Assembly: GCA_964016885.1 (NCBI GenBank)
Contig: OZ024741.1
Coordinates: 109,678,001-109,742,000 of the forward strand
Length of the DNA stretch: 64,000 nt
Source: Eledone cirrhosa
Taxonomy: Eukaryota
Direction of reading: 5' to 3'
Both the position numbers and the translations under genes were made by a program. The notes beneath the pieces were generated by a model, which was not told the DNA's origin, did no database searches, and was given only the letters and a program-made list of their open reading frames with translations. Of the stretch, positions 41,269 to 55,538 are shown piece after piece (the first letter of the stretch is position 1; each line of letters starts with the position of its first letter).

Positions 41269-41540
41269 CCAGATGATTGAACGTCTGAAAGTATATACTT
41301 TCCTTATGCATATTAACGGCTGAGCAGCCTAATTTGCATATCGAGTGAGTTAGTCGGCCGGGCGCACCGAAAACGCTAAATGGAAAAGAATGAAACGAAA
41401 TTTCATTTCTCACTCTTATTCTTTTCCATTTATCGTTTTCGGTGCGCCCGGTCGACTAATTCACTCGATATGCAAATTAGGCTGCTCAGCCGTTAATATG
41501 CATAAGGAAAGTATATACTTTCAGACGTTCAATCATCTGG

Positions 41541-41599
41541 CAGGAAGGTATACGATGCTGACGATAGCTAATAAGCTTGAAACTAGTACATCGTTCCTG
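41541..41599 (+). ncRNA. Type I hammerhead ribozyme (right arm)
   Basis: CAGGA(aggtat)ACGATG-CTGACGA-tAGCT(aata)AGCTt-GAAA-CTAG-TA-CATCGT-TCCTG. Bulged extended stem I, palindromic ACTAGT stem III, GUA cleavage. Confidence 0.88.
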
Positions 41600-42539
41600 T
41601 GTCAGTGTTGAACAAAAAGGCGACGGTGGTTGCCTGAACACTGCACGGCGTAATTCGGGCTGTTTGTTTACAAACAAATCGAACATTATAATAAATGTTC
41701 GGTAAATCCATACGTACATATATATATATATATATATGTGTGTGTGCATGTATGTATATATATACATACTACTGTACGTCTGTATACATATATGTATGTA
41801 CGTATACATACATACTTACATATATATATATATGAATATATATATATACATTTCATATCATATATATATAATGCAATATATAAATAAGATGGAGATTCTA
41901 TTATTGATATGTACCTATATTTCCATTAACGTAAATATTTGGACATATTCTGTATTAACATTTTCTTGGTTATTTCAATATTTTATATAGTTTTACATAT
42001 ATATTCATATGCTGGTGTTTAATAAGTCTTTTTCCGTCTATTTTCTTCCAATTGTATTTATAGTTGGCAATATAGTCATATATAGACACTTTTGCACTTA
42101 ACTCACCTTTTACTAGATCTATATAAAACCATCAATTACCCAAACCTGAACATAAATACACCTAGAACAAATCCAAAGCTATCCACGAAATACAACCATC
42201 GAATGTTCTGACACGTAAATAATACATTCAGAAAATCAAAGCCAACTATAAACTAAATGCATATTTTATGCTTTTACATGTATGTGTTTACAAATACATC
42301 TTTCGTCTTTATTTTCTTTTCACTCTTACGTGTTCTTTTTCTTCTCATATACAATTAGGTTGTCATTGCTACGTTTCTTTATACAATCTTTCCTATAGTC
42401 TATTTTTAACTTATTCTAAAACCTATTTATTATACTACACCCGTATACGTATTTTTGTTTAAAATCACCTAATTTTTTTTAATAATTATACTTTCTTTAG
42501 TGAGACTGTATTTTGACATGCACCTTTAACAAAATATTC

Positions 42540-43350
42540 AACTTAATTTGACCTCATCACAAAATTCATGTATGGCATGTAAATCTTGGTGTAAGAGAGT
42601 AGCGTCAGCCGGTTTCTGAGAGACCCACCACAAAGAGTAGTGGCCCCAAGACGGTTTCCTGGGGGACACCGCTTGTCGTTGACGTTTCCTTTGAGAGGGC
42701 CCCATTGGCTGCAATCATCAGGGCCAGCAGCTGAATTTGGTCTTATTTTGTCTATGGCTGGTATTACATTTTTCGCCTTTTTACATATGTGGTTGATTGT
42801 TGTCATTTTTCTGTGTAATGCAGTGGTGTTACAAACTAATCTGGTTTAGTTATTTGTACCTTTGTATTGTTCATTCAGTACCTCATATATCCCTTGAATG
42901 CCTGAGATGAGTGAGCTACTTTTGTGAAAAAGTTACCTTATCCCGTTGTGTACCGAGGCGGTCACTTTCGAAAATTTAAAGAAATGCCTTAGGGTTCGGC
43001 TTTATGTTTTCTATAGCCTTGGCTTGTCTTTCTGCCCTCTCCTTTTCATGGGAGAGTTTCACTTCATTTTCAGTTTGAAACAATGCTTGCTTCAAATGAG
43101 GTTCATTATTGTTTCTTACTTGTATATGTAGCCGGTTTGAGATCTTCATCCTTCTCATAGGATTCTCGTAAACATTTCCAGTTGTCCTCTAGCTCGTCAT
43201 CCCTCTTGTCAAGTGCATGTTGTAGGGCCTTTCTAAACCTATATTTTACCGAGAGGTCCTTTTTCTTCGATAACCTCCGTCTCCATATTTTCCTTGTGTG
43301 TCTTTTACTGTCTTTTGTTTATTTTATTCTTCCCCAGATATGGCCTTAGT
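42540..43350 (-). mobile_element. CR1/L2-group LINE, decayed and internally deleted
   Basis: Minus-strand peptides AIENIKPNPKAF, AIDKIRPNSAAGPD and GVPQETVLGPLLFV. Confidence 0.75.
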
Positions 43351-43479
43351 ATTTATTACAGTCCGTTAGTTTGGTTGTCTAACAAGTAATCAAAACATAT
43401 ATATATATACACACATATATACATCATACACAATATATATATGTATACATAAATATACATATATATATATGTATATATA

Positions 43480-44005
43480 AAAAGTGCAGGGCGATCAAAA
43501 TAGACGGTAGCTACGGAGTAGGCAGACCCAGAAAAACCTGGGACGACTTGATAAAATCTGACCTCACACACTTACATCTCTCCAAGAGAATGTCACTGGA
43601 CCGAGATCTTTGGCGCTACACAGTAATACAGAAAACCCGCCTTGCCTAAGTACAAAGCGAAACTTACAGTCAGTAGGCACCAAAACACACCCCGTCCCAC
43701 TACCCCCACCGCCATCCACACCACCTCTTTCGATGTAAAGCTATGTTGGTACCACAACATCCAGTCCTAAATAAATGAGGTCGTGTAGGTGTCACGACAA
43801 AAAAACACACAGTCCACGCTGTAATGTGGTCGTGTAGGTAACACGGTAAAAACCTCCCAGTCCAGACTGTAAACATGGTTGGTGTTAGGAAGGGCATCCA
43901 GCCGTAGAAAACCCGCCAGACAGTCCTGAGCAAGACAACCAATCTTGCCTCAAGTGGGACAATTCCCGTCCAGACCCATGCTAGCGTGGAAGAGAGACGT
44001 TAAAC

Positions 44006-44041
<36 letters not shown>

Positions 44042-44042
44042 A
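43480..44042 (+). mobile_element. RTE-like LINE 3' end with 3' UTR and (GAT)n tail
   Basis: Translates as KCRAIKIDGSYGVGRPRKTWDDLIKSDL..DRDLWR..*; UTR GGTTGGTGTTAGGAAGGGCATCCAGCCGTA..GACGTTAAACGATGATGAT. A related tail lies at ~44574-44750. Confidence 0.75.
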
Positions 44043-44337
44043 TACACTATATATATATATATATATATATAGGTTATTATGCGAGTAACTTGTGGCTAGT
44101 AGCAGCACTCGATGCTGTTACGGCGTCCGTCTCTATTTTGGTTGCGGTCCAGGTTTAAGGCGGCTGTAGTTTACTGAGTATATATGGAAGTCAGATATGC
44201 AGCTTGTTATGAAACTTGCCACTATATATAAGCTGCAAACCTGACTTCTTATTGTCAAACTTTCTCTCTCTCTATTATATATATCTATATATATATATAT
44301 GGTATTAGTATTGGTGCGCTGAAATAGCGATGTATAT

Positions 44338-44520
44338 ATGAATGTATGTGTGGTATATTTCATAATTTAGTGTATGTTTAATTAATACATTTTGAAGACC
44401 ATTTTTGCCGAGAATAAGTGACATAGTCACTACTTTAAAATTCATAGCGAAGGTCTTCAAAATGTTTTTAATTAAACATACAGTATATTATCAAATATAC
44501 TATACATACATTCATACACA
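44338..44520. repeat. Imperfect inverted repeat (~62-bp arms)
   Basis: ATGAATGTATGT..GTATGTTTAATTAATACATTTTGAAGACC / GGTCTTCAAAATGTTTTTAATTAAACATAC..ACATACATTCAT. Confidence 0.75.
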
Positions 44521-44750
44521 CACGTACACACACACATATATGTATATATATATATATATATCCACACTCTAAATGTGGTTGATGTTAGGAAGGGTATCCA
44601 GCTGTAAAATACCCGGCCAAGATTATATTTCTCACAGGAGCAAGTTGCTACATGGCCAACCGTGGGCAGACTAGCCGCCGGCCGTGGCTGACACGGCTAA
44701 CCCATGGAAGCATGGTAGAACTGACGCTAAAGGGAAATGATGATGATGAG

Positions 44751-44802
<52 letters not shown>

Positions 44803-45291
44803 AGAAGGAAGAGTGAAAGACAGGGAGAAAGAGAGAGAGAGAGAGAAGGGGGACTGAAGCGGAGGGTAATAAGAATCATATTTAGAAATATCGACAAAAA
44901 GAATAAAAACAAGAAGCATCAATTTATGTACATATATAATTATTTTTTTAATTGAATTCGATTTAATAAATAAAATTTCTTGTGTATTACAAAATATAAT
45001 TTTATCTGGGATTTGTGGTGTATGTGTGTTGGTGCAGGTATGTGTGTATTTGTGTGTATGAGTGTTGTTTGAAATCTTTTATTTACAGAATAATTGCAAA
45101 ATTGAAGGACTAAAGAATGAGAAATTCATTTATCCAAATCTGTTGACCATTTACATTTATGTATATATGAATGTCAATATAAATCATAGATGTATACATA
45201 AACACACACCCAAACATGTATGTTTAAATATATACATATAAAGCATTCAAAGATGAGACATTTTCAAGGTGCGCATATATATAGTTGAATA

Positions 45292-45381
<90 letters not shown>

Positions 45382-45514
45382 TATATACATAATACAATTA
45401 TATACATACACACATACATATATGTGTGTATATATATATAAGTATATGCATGTAAATATATATATATATATATATATATAGGAATATATATATATTATAC
45501 ACAAATTTTCATAC

Positions 45515-45573
<59 letters not shown>

Positions 45574-45923
45574 TACATACACACAAACGTTACTTAAATT
45601 AATTTAGTAATATAATATCCAAGCTGTGTATAGACGGAGAATGAAATATGTTTAAGTACATTCTGTATTTTCTTAATATCCTCACATTAACACGACAACT
45701 TCCACTCTTCCCCACCGTCTTTTTTACTTCCCTTCATACACAAACACGCTCTAATTGCGATGTTAGGTATTAGTTAGCTTTATGGACACTTTTCAACATA
45801 ACCATATTTTGTGTAAGTTTATATTACACATGCATATTATATATATATATATATACACTCAAATATATGTTTACATACATATATACATACACATATATGT
45901 AAATAAATATACATAAATATAAG

Positions 45924-45978
<55 letters not shown>

Positions 45979-46079
45979 CATATGTATATACATACATACA
46001 TACATACATACACATATATATAAGCATATGTACATTCATACATACATACACATATATATAAGCATATGTACATTCATAC

Positions 46080-46121
<42 letters not shown>

Positions 46122-46402
46122 CATTTCCCTATTGTGAAAACTCATAAAGTGTTCCTTAAATTGGAAAATATCCTTTCCATTTAAATAAATATATTATACT
46201 TTAGTATATGCTAAATGTGTATTGAGTTCTTCATTTAAGTTGACATCCTTTGCTCAAACATACAAACATATACTTACTTATATACAAATATCCATATATA
46301 CACATACATATAAATACATACATACATATATGTGTGTATATATATATATATATATTTCATACCTATATATACACACACATATATATATATACACATATAT
46401 AT

Positions 46403-46447
<45 letters not shown>

Positions 46448-46899
46448 CATATACATTACATATATACATACATATGTATACATTACATATGTAACCATAC
46501 TTTTATATATATATATATATATATATATGCGTGTGTGTGTGTAGTTACATGTTTATTCACATACATATAAATATCTACATATACATATACACATTTGGCG
46601 CAAGTGTGGATAACCGTGAGTCTTTACACTGCGTAATTAAAAGTGGTTATCTTAAAGAATCCAATTGGAATAGTGATATTACAGACAACAACCACAACGG
46701 AGATGATAATATTAACATATTAATAATAATGTAGCAATAAATATAAGAGAGAAGAGAATTGAATTTGTTGAATGTGTATATCTATATATGTGTGTATGTT
46801 TGCGTATTTGTATATATATATATGTGTGTGTGTGAGTGTGTATGCGTGTGCGTCTGTGGTATTCTGTACAGATCCATAAAGTAAAATAGATGTAATAAT

Positions 46900-47084
46900 T
46901 GTTTCTACTTTAGGCACAAGGCCAGCAATTACCCAGTGCATTACTGGTACTTTATTTTATCGACCCCGTAAGGATGAAAGGCAAAGTCAACCTTGGCGGG
47001 ATTTGAACTCAGATCGTAAAGGGACGTAACTATGCTGGAAAGCATGGCGTCCGACCCTCCACCGATACTGCCAATCCACCGCCC
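46900..47084 (-). mobile_element. Young OK-like SINE with an 18-bp TSD, inserted in a short tandem repeat
   Basis: TSD TAAAATAGATGTAATAAT at 46882-46899 and 47085-47102; intact A and B boxes (GGCGGTGGATTGGCAG, GAGTTCAAATCC). Confidence 0.9.
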
Positions 47085-47407
47085 TAAAATAGATGTAATA
47101 ATGTTTGCGTATTTGTATATGTATATGTGTGTGTCTGTGTGTGTGTGTGTGCGGTTTTCTGTACAGATACTTAAAGTAAAATATATGTAATAATGTTGTA
47201 TATGTATATATATATATATGCGTGTATGTTTGCGTATTTGTATATGTATATATATATGTGTGTGTGTGCGTGTGGTATTCTGTACAGATCCATAAAGTAA
47301 AATATATGTAATAATGTTGAAATAATGTAGAAAACCTCAGGCGACAACAGCAAGTCTAAAATAACAAACATGACATCTATTATTGTGTTATGAACACACA
47401 CACGCAT

Positions 47408-47454
<47 letters not shown>

Positions 47455-47664
47455 TGTTTACATACTGTGAAAGAGGTTTGCAAGAGGAGAGAACTGAAGG
47501 ATTACTTCTTGAATATGATGTCACATCACCTATTACTAAAGTAGAGAATACTGTAAATTACAGAGATTAGGCTCGTTTGCTACTCTCAGTTTCGTGGAAT
47601 TCCTCCGTATCACGTGATCCTCGGGAAACCGAGAAATTAAAAGTAATGACAGAGAGTTCTCTGA

Positions 47665-47731
<67 letters not shown>

Positions 47732-47801
47732 CATATATATATATATAATGAATATATACATATATATACATATATATAAATTATTAAATTATAAATATGT
47801 A

Positions 47802-47832
<31 letters not shown>

Positions 47833-48480
47833 TAAATATTTATATTGAACAATGAAAGAATAGTAAAACGAAGTATAGTAGATATTAAACCTTTGTTTTA
47901 CGATTATTTCCCTGACCAGTTTCTAATATAGAGGTTATTCAATTGTATGTAGATTACTACATACTATCAGCCTCAAAATGAACACATTTCCGGTGACATC
48001 GTTCCATTATGACAACCTCTAGGACAACATCTAAATACTCAATACCCCAAGTGAGAGATTTTTTATTAGCCAAATAAATATAGAGGTTTTATTGGAGATC
48101 CCACAGCTCCAGATTCCTGTCTTTTATTTTACTCGGAGATTCTTTTAAAATAGATCCTCTACAGCAATTCCACTATTTCTATTATTATTAAAAATAATAA
48201 TAATAATGTTCATTTTCTTAGTTGTTATTATTGTTGTGGCTATTATATTTGTAATTGTTGTCGTGTTAAGCCGCACGCGTGAAAACACACACACACGCTC
48301 GTGGCCATAATTTGTTCGTATTAACCAACAGTATATATGTGTGTGTATATATATATACATAGATACATAGATAGGTAGATAGATATATTTATATATAAAT
48401 ATATATATATATAGATATATTTATATTTATATATAAATATATATATATATAGATATATTTATATTTATATATAAATATAT

Positions 48481-48591
<111 letters not shown>

Positions 48592-48592
48592 A

Positions 48593-48718
<126 letters not shown>

Positions 48719-48719
48719 T

Positions 48720-48772
<53 letters not shown>

Positions 48773-48994
48773 ATATTTATATAATTGGTTGAAATGACCC
48801 TCCGTATAACACTGGTACTTACTTTATCAACCTCAACAGGATTAAAAGGCAGAGTTGGACTCACTGATATTAAATCTTGGGATGTCGGAGAATAAAACTA
48901 AATACTATGTCGTATTTACTCCAACACTCTGCCAAAAACATATCCTCTCATTATTAACAGGGTTATACATATCATTAATCTTATTATTACATTA

Positions 48995-49431
48995 CTATAC
49001 AACGGTAGCGAAGTCTCTTTTTGCTTGTGTGCCCCAAACAATCACCGAAGGCGACAGTTTCTGTTGAATGTCTTTGTCTCGTACTCGTTCGTACATTTTG
49101 CCATCTCTGTCCACTTTTGAATTCACGTCCTTGTATAAATGCACGGCCTTTTCCGCGAACGACGGCGATGTAAAACCGTGATCTTTGTCGCTAAAATGAT
49201 CGGCTACATAAAGCTGTGCTTTCGTAAGGCTGCGCCCCCGTCGGTCAGCGACGAGGCGCCTGTGTCTCTGACTGTCCGAACGTAACATTCGTACGGCAAC
49301 CAATACAAGAAGAATAAGTATAAATCCACCAGCAATTGGCACGGCTATCACAGCGGCCTTAAACCAGAGATCACGGTTTCCATTTCTGTCCGAGTAGTTC
49401 CCTGTGTATGACATCTGGTTCTCTTTACGTC
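48995..49431 (-). CDS. BAMBI: Terminal coding exon of a BMP and activin membrane-bound inhibitor homolog (TM helix plus short kinase-less cytoplasmic tail)
   Basis: DLWFKAAVIAVPIAGGFILILLVLVAVRMLRSD matches the BAMBI signature LWFRAAVIAVPIAGGLILVLLIMLALRMLRS, and a late VxWG motif is present. Polypyrimidine tract and GCAG acceptor (AG at 49433-49432, phase 1); TAG stop at 48997-48995. Confidence 0.92.
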
Positions 49432-51322
49432 CTGCAAAAATAAAAATAAAATAAAATAAAAATATATTCGTATTACATGTCACATACGCCTTCATAGAAA
49501 ATATATACAAATATACACGCATGGAACCATATACGCACCCGATATATATCCCATATATACACAATATTATTCTATTAAGCATATACATATATTCATACAT
49601 ATTTTAAGCCGAAGAGGTGAGGGCTCTTCGTTGGGACCGCACCTACAACCCTACATTCAAACATTAAGTTTAAGCAACTTAATATACATTGAGGACTACA
49701 CTCATATGTAATCTTTCCCCTCTTAACAAAATAACTGAACACTTCATATGTGTGTATGTATAAGTTATTGTCTGTGTTTATGTTGTCCATATCCGAAATG
49801 TCAGTGGTTCGACAAAATATATAGCAAGTATTGGGGTTGATATTATCGATTAAATCCATACAAGGCGCTGCTCAGCATGGCCGCTGTCTAACGACAGACG
49901 TCGGTAAAAGAATACAAGACAAACAAATATATACAGACAGACGATATATCTCATATATTTGGACGAAATATATGTCTCTTACACACATACACATGCAAAC
50001 AAAATAGATAGATATACGTAAAGAAATGGGAGAGAGTGAGAGGGAGAGAGAGAGGGGGAGAGGGAGAGAGAGAGGGGGGACGGGGGTAGAGAGAAAGAGA
50101 GAGATAGTAAGAGAAAGAAAGAGAATGAAGACGAAATGTTAAGGATGCCGCTTCATGCTTGAATGCTATATAGTAATGTGAATATATTTATTTAAATATC
50201 TATGTTTTCTTACTATGCAATACGCGCATGCAGAATATGCACAGGCACAAACACACACACACACACACAGACACACAAGCATACACAGACCCACACACGC
50301 ACATGCTTTTCACTTCCTGTTAATTTATACACAGACATACATACATATATAACGCTATCTATATACATATACATAGAGAGAGAGACAGAAAAAGAGAGAT
50401 ACCTATATATAAATGGTTCTCAATACGTTAGTAGAGTATATATATACATATATATGTGTGTGCGTGTGCGTGTGTGTGTATGTGTGTGTTATCTTACTTA
50501 AAAAGTAGTCTAAATATCTGAAGTTAAAGTCACAATTTTGATACCTCTTACAATTGAAAGCTAAGGTAGCGCTTTTGCTCCTTGTGTGAACATAAATAAT
50601 ATAATATATATATATGTTGTGGCTGATAAAGTTGTTAGAACTCAATGTAGCCTTGGAAACATTGTTTCAACGAGATTAAGCGATGAGTCCTTTAGTTTTC
50701 GTAGTAGGTGCTCACAGCGTTAGATTTCCTCAGTTATGCAACCCTCCAAATCTCATGGTTTACACTTACCATCTGGGTCTTTGCTCAAACTTTAATCTGT
50801 ACTAATAATAAATATATAAATTTTATATATATAATATATATATATATATTATATAAATTAATATATATAAATATATATATGTATATATACATTTATCTGT
50901 GTGTGTATATATATATATATATGTATGTGAGTGTGTGTATGTATGTAAATTTACGCACACACATATACCCACACTTTTCTGTGTTTGTGTGTACGTGTAT
51001 GGTACGTGTACACATATGTATTTTTGTGTATATGTCTTGAATTCTGTGTGTTTATGACAGTCGTTAATTATGTATGTTTCGGATTAGAAAAATGAGTGTA
51101 TATATGTAAGTATATATATGTGAGTATATATATATATATAAATCGACCAAGATGTATATGCGTGTGGTCTGTCAGAGACTGCCAAAGTTCTTCGTATATA
51201 TGTAACGACGAGTGAAATTTTGATGCTTGCGAGGTGCTTGTATAAGCTGATTGCTATATATATATGTGTACATATATATATATATATATATGTGTGTACA
51301 TATATATATATATATATATGTG

Positions 51323-51387
<65 letters not shown>

Positions 51388-51453
51388 CTGTATGAGCGTT
51401 TCTATATTTGCACAGATATGTATAGATAAATGTATAAATATAAGTATACGCAT

Positions 51454-51513
<60 letters not shown>

Positions 51514-52067
51514 TTATTTGTATGTGTTTTGCTCTATTTGCACACGTATGTGTATATAAACATATTTATATATGTATACGTGTGTGCCTATATTTACATA
51601 TATATATGAGCGTGTGTGTGTGCGTGTGTGCGTGTGTGCATGCATGTATAGGTTTATTTATCAGTCAGTATGCATTTATCTTACATGTAATTTATGTGTA
51701 TATGTATGTGTACATATCTTTGTTTGTAGATGATTATATTTATAGGAGCCAGACATTAGGGAGAAGCTCCACTGTCTGCCAGCGATATTTGATATACGTT
51801 ATACGAGATACACAGTCGAAATGCTTGTTAGATTGGAGCTGGGTAAAGATGGCGACCAAGACGAACGGAAACTGAAGGTGATCTGAGCGGCGCCATATTT
51901 AATCCACTGGAAACGATTAACTTATTTATATGACAGCCGAACAGAAACAGTTGCTGAAATTTACACACACGCATATATACATATATATATATATGTGTGT
52001 GTGTGCGTGTGTGTGTGTTCATCTATATCTACCTAACTATCTCTCTTTCTCTTTCTCTCTCTCTATC

Positions 52068-52155
<88 letters not shown>

Positions 52156-52453
52156 GAAAATATAAGCACACACACATAGTTTTATCTAATACAACTGACC
52201 TAGCGGATAAAACAATCTCCTCTCTCTTTCTATATTAACATCTCTCGCTATATATGAAATGTGAGTGTTTGCGCGCGTACCACATACACCTATGCAAACA
52301 TCCTAAATTCTGTTAAAAAATATTAACTCAAACTGACGTACAAGATGTGCCTCAGCATTCAAACACTCACTCACATAGAGTACTTCCTCACACACAAACA
52401 CACATATTTAACTCTCCCTCCCTCTCCCTCTCATATATATAAATATATAGAAG

Positions 52454-52679
<226 letters not shown>

Positions 52680-52871
52680 ATTATATATATATATTCATTC
52701 GTCAGAACATAAAAATCAAAAAAAATCTAATATATGCAGATAGGCACAACAGAAATCACAAACAGACATACATTCACGAACACATATACTTATCTTGTTC
52801 GTCCGTCCCTTTTTGTGTTTCTGTAATTGTATGTTTATACATTTTATACGCACACACACTGTATGTATGTG

Positions 52872-52954
<83 letters not shown>

Positions 52955-54281
52955 TTGGCTATTCATAACTGTAACTGTATAACACTTATTGAAAAAGACA
53001 GAGAAGTTTGCACAATAAACCCATGCCTATATATATACGAAGTCTTTATGAGTATGAATAAGCTTGTACATATATGTATATATTTTTTGTATATAAATAC
53101 ATAGAGATATATAACTAATACATCCAACAAGAAGTGTGCGTATTGTGTGCAAGCCATCAGGATGGTATTTTTTATATCGCCAGCCAAGAGAGGACTGGCT
53201 GTCAACATTTATATATATATTGTGTAAGAGTAGGTAATAGAGTCCAACATGTTAGTAGTGGCGGTTGTGCAAGCTGAAGTGGTGTTGAGTTGGTTGACAC
53301 TGATTGTTTTTCTGCAGTAGTTGTACAGAATTGATAGATGTAACCGCGGTGCATATATAATAAATGTGTGTTTGTAAGTCTGTGTCTGCAAGTCTGTGTC
53401 TGCTTGTGTATACACATGCAAATACACGCATACATATATATATATACACACACACACACAGATTCATGCATACATGTATATATATACATATATACATACT
53501 CTCATAAATACATACATACATACATACATAAAAATACATAAATACACACATAGATACGTTTATACGTCCATATATATAGAGATATATAATCACCATTTAA
53601 CGGCTGTTTTTTGCTGTTATAAAGAAATGTGTGAGAGAGACAGAGAGATAAAAATTGAGGTATAGAGGAACGGGTGCTTTAACATTACTTTCGACTTATC
53701 TCACACTACAAGGACGAAATACATCCATTCTTATTACAGAATGGATAAATACGTCATTGAAAAATTACTAAACAGAGCACAATCTATATCACACCCAATC
53801 ACAAAATTCATAGAATATATCAGAAAAACGTTAGAATGAAAAAGTTCTTCATCCATCAATACAAAACCACAAAGAAGCAATCAACAGAACCTACTTCGGA
53901 TATCCAATGTAATATATTAATTTCAATGTAAATACAACTTCGCATTATATTATGTGACACGAAATAAAAATAGCTAAAGAAATCCGTTCAAAACACTATC
54001 ATTGAGATGGGTAAATATAGAAGTTTCACCATTAGCAAAACACAACACAATCAACACACTGGCAAATAACACACAATATAAAATATGAAATCTACCAGAA
54101 ATTAAACGTTGAATATTTTTTAAAACACCGTTATCTTGGTTATCTTCATGTTTATTTTTATTTTTATTATTTTTTAATATTTATTTTCATTTGTAATTTG
54201 TACCCCTTCCACCCACCCTTGTTTTCTAAATGTCTCTCCCCCACTCCTCTACACACCCTTGGAACTCTCTTCCCACACACT

Positions 54282-54342
54282 TTTCGCCTGAAGAAGGGAT
54301 TATGCCCGAAACGCCGCCCCCCCCCTCCTCTCAAGCGTGAAA
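54282..54342 (+). ncRNA. Degenerate hammerhead motif
   Basis: TTTCGC-CTGAAGA-A-GGG(attatg)CCC-GAAAC..GTGAAA; core and stem II are intact, but there is no clean NUH. Confidence 0.5.
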
Positions 54343-54400
54343 CTAATAAACCTTTGTTCGTACTGCCTCTCTATTTTGTTCCCGTTCCATTTTTCACTAT

Positions 54401-54434
<34 letters not shown>

Positions 54435-54841
54435 CATAGTGGTAATGTTGGCGGCAGCGGTGTCACTGCTGGCATTTCACCACTACCATGACTACCAAAC
54501 AACTCATGAAAGTGTTTAAATGTTTCAAACCAGAGGAAAAGGACAGAAGCCTCAGCTTAATTTTGTAGAAGAGAAATAGAATCACCATACGGCTTAAATA
54601 CACAAGTCTCCAATAGGCAAGTAGCGGGTATGTCGTAGGTGCGGCCCGGTTCCCTTAGAGCGTAAGAAGCTAAGGGGTGAAACACTTGCATGTAGGTAAC
54701 TTCGCCTCTGAAGACCTTCTGCTGTGCACCTCCCACGAGAGATTTCTTAATACTATATATATATATGTATATATATATATATCCGTATGTGGTTGACGGT
54801 GGAGAGAAAAGAGGACTCAAGAACGAAGTATTTTTTAAAAT

Positions 54842-54879
54842 CTGATGAGCATGTGATAAACAGGCGAAACTCCAGAGTA
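54842..54879 (+). ncRNA. Hammerhead motif lacking a paired stem I
   Basis: CTGATGA-GCaTGT(gataa)ACAgGC-GAAA-CTC(ca)GAG-TA. Confidence 0.6.
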
Positions 54880-54900
54880 CGACTCACCATTTAGCCTAAG

Positions 54901-54945
<45 letters not shown>

Positions 54946-55495
54946 ATAGTGAGGGAGAAGAAAGAGATAAATAAAGAGTGATCGATATTATTGTATATTA
55001 ATCTCAATAATTGTTGTATTCTCCTAGTATTTAACATATTGGTTGAATTGCTTCATGGGTCGAGCGAGGATCTATTGTTAGCATTCCTCTCAGCCTGTCT
55101 GCTTCAATCCTTTGATCGTTATTTTCGCCAACGCACGTGGAGTCCATTCTATCGACTTCGTCTTTATGGTTAATGGCGTATATCTTGTATGGTTAGTAAG
55201 ATGTGCCTTATGAAGAGGAATTTCATCTTAATTTTACCATTTATTTATTTGATAATGGTAATTCACATTGTTGCAGCCAGCTCGAAACAGTTCTGTCTAG
55301 GCGCCAAAACCTGTGATTTACCATTCTACTGTATGTTAATTACGCTTATGAACAGTTTTCTTATGCCTTGTTTTACGTCTATGCAAGATATTAAACATGT
55401 TGTCTCAGTAATAATATCACTTATGAGTGCGCTCTGAATTACCGATCTTTTCGTAACAATGGTCGATATTATCGACAACTGATCTCAATTATTGT

Positions 55496-55538
<43 letters not shown>

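Larger units (their letters stand above)
40971..41819. mobile_element. ORF-less HHR element (~413-bp unit) as a head-to-head inverted dimer; retrozyme-like
   Basis: ~41025-41391 is the reverse complement of 41418-41819. A 34-35-nt direct repeat occurs at 40971-41004 and 41384-41418. Each arm carries an HHR. Confidence 0.85.

Noticed and set aside
49432-49600. N-terminal ~56 aa of ORF 48995..49600
   Set aside because: Lies upstream of a clear splice acceptor; it is intronic low-complexity read-through.
53690-54130. Possible decayed GIY-YIG sequence upstream of the 54282 HHR (similar at ~42000-42270)
   Set aside because: Only vague motif traces with many stops; not supportable by eye.
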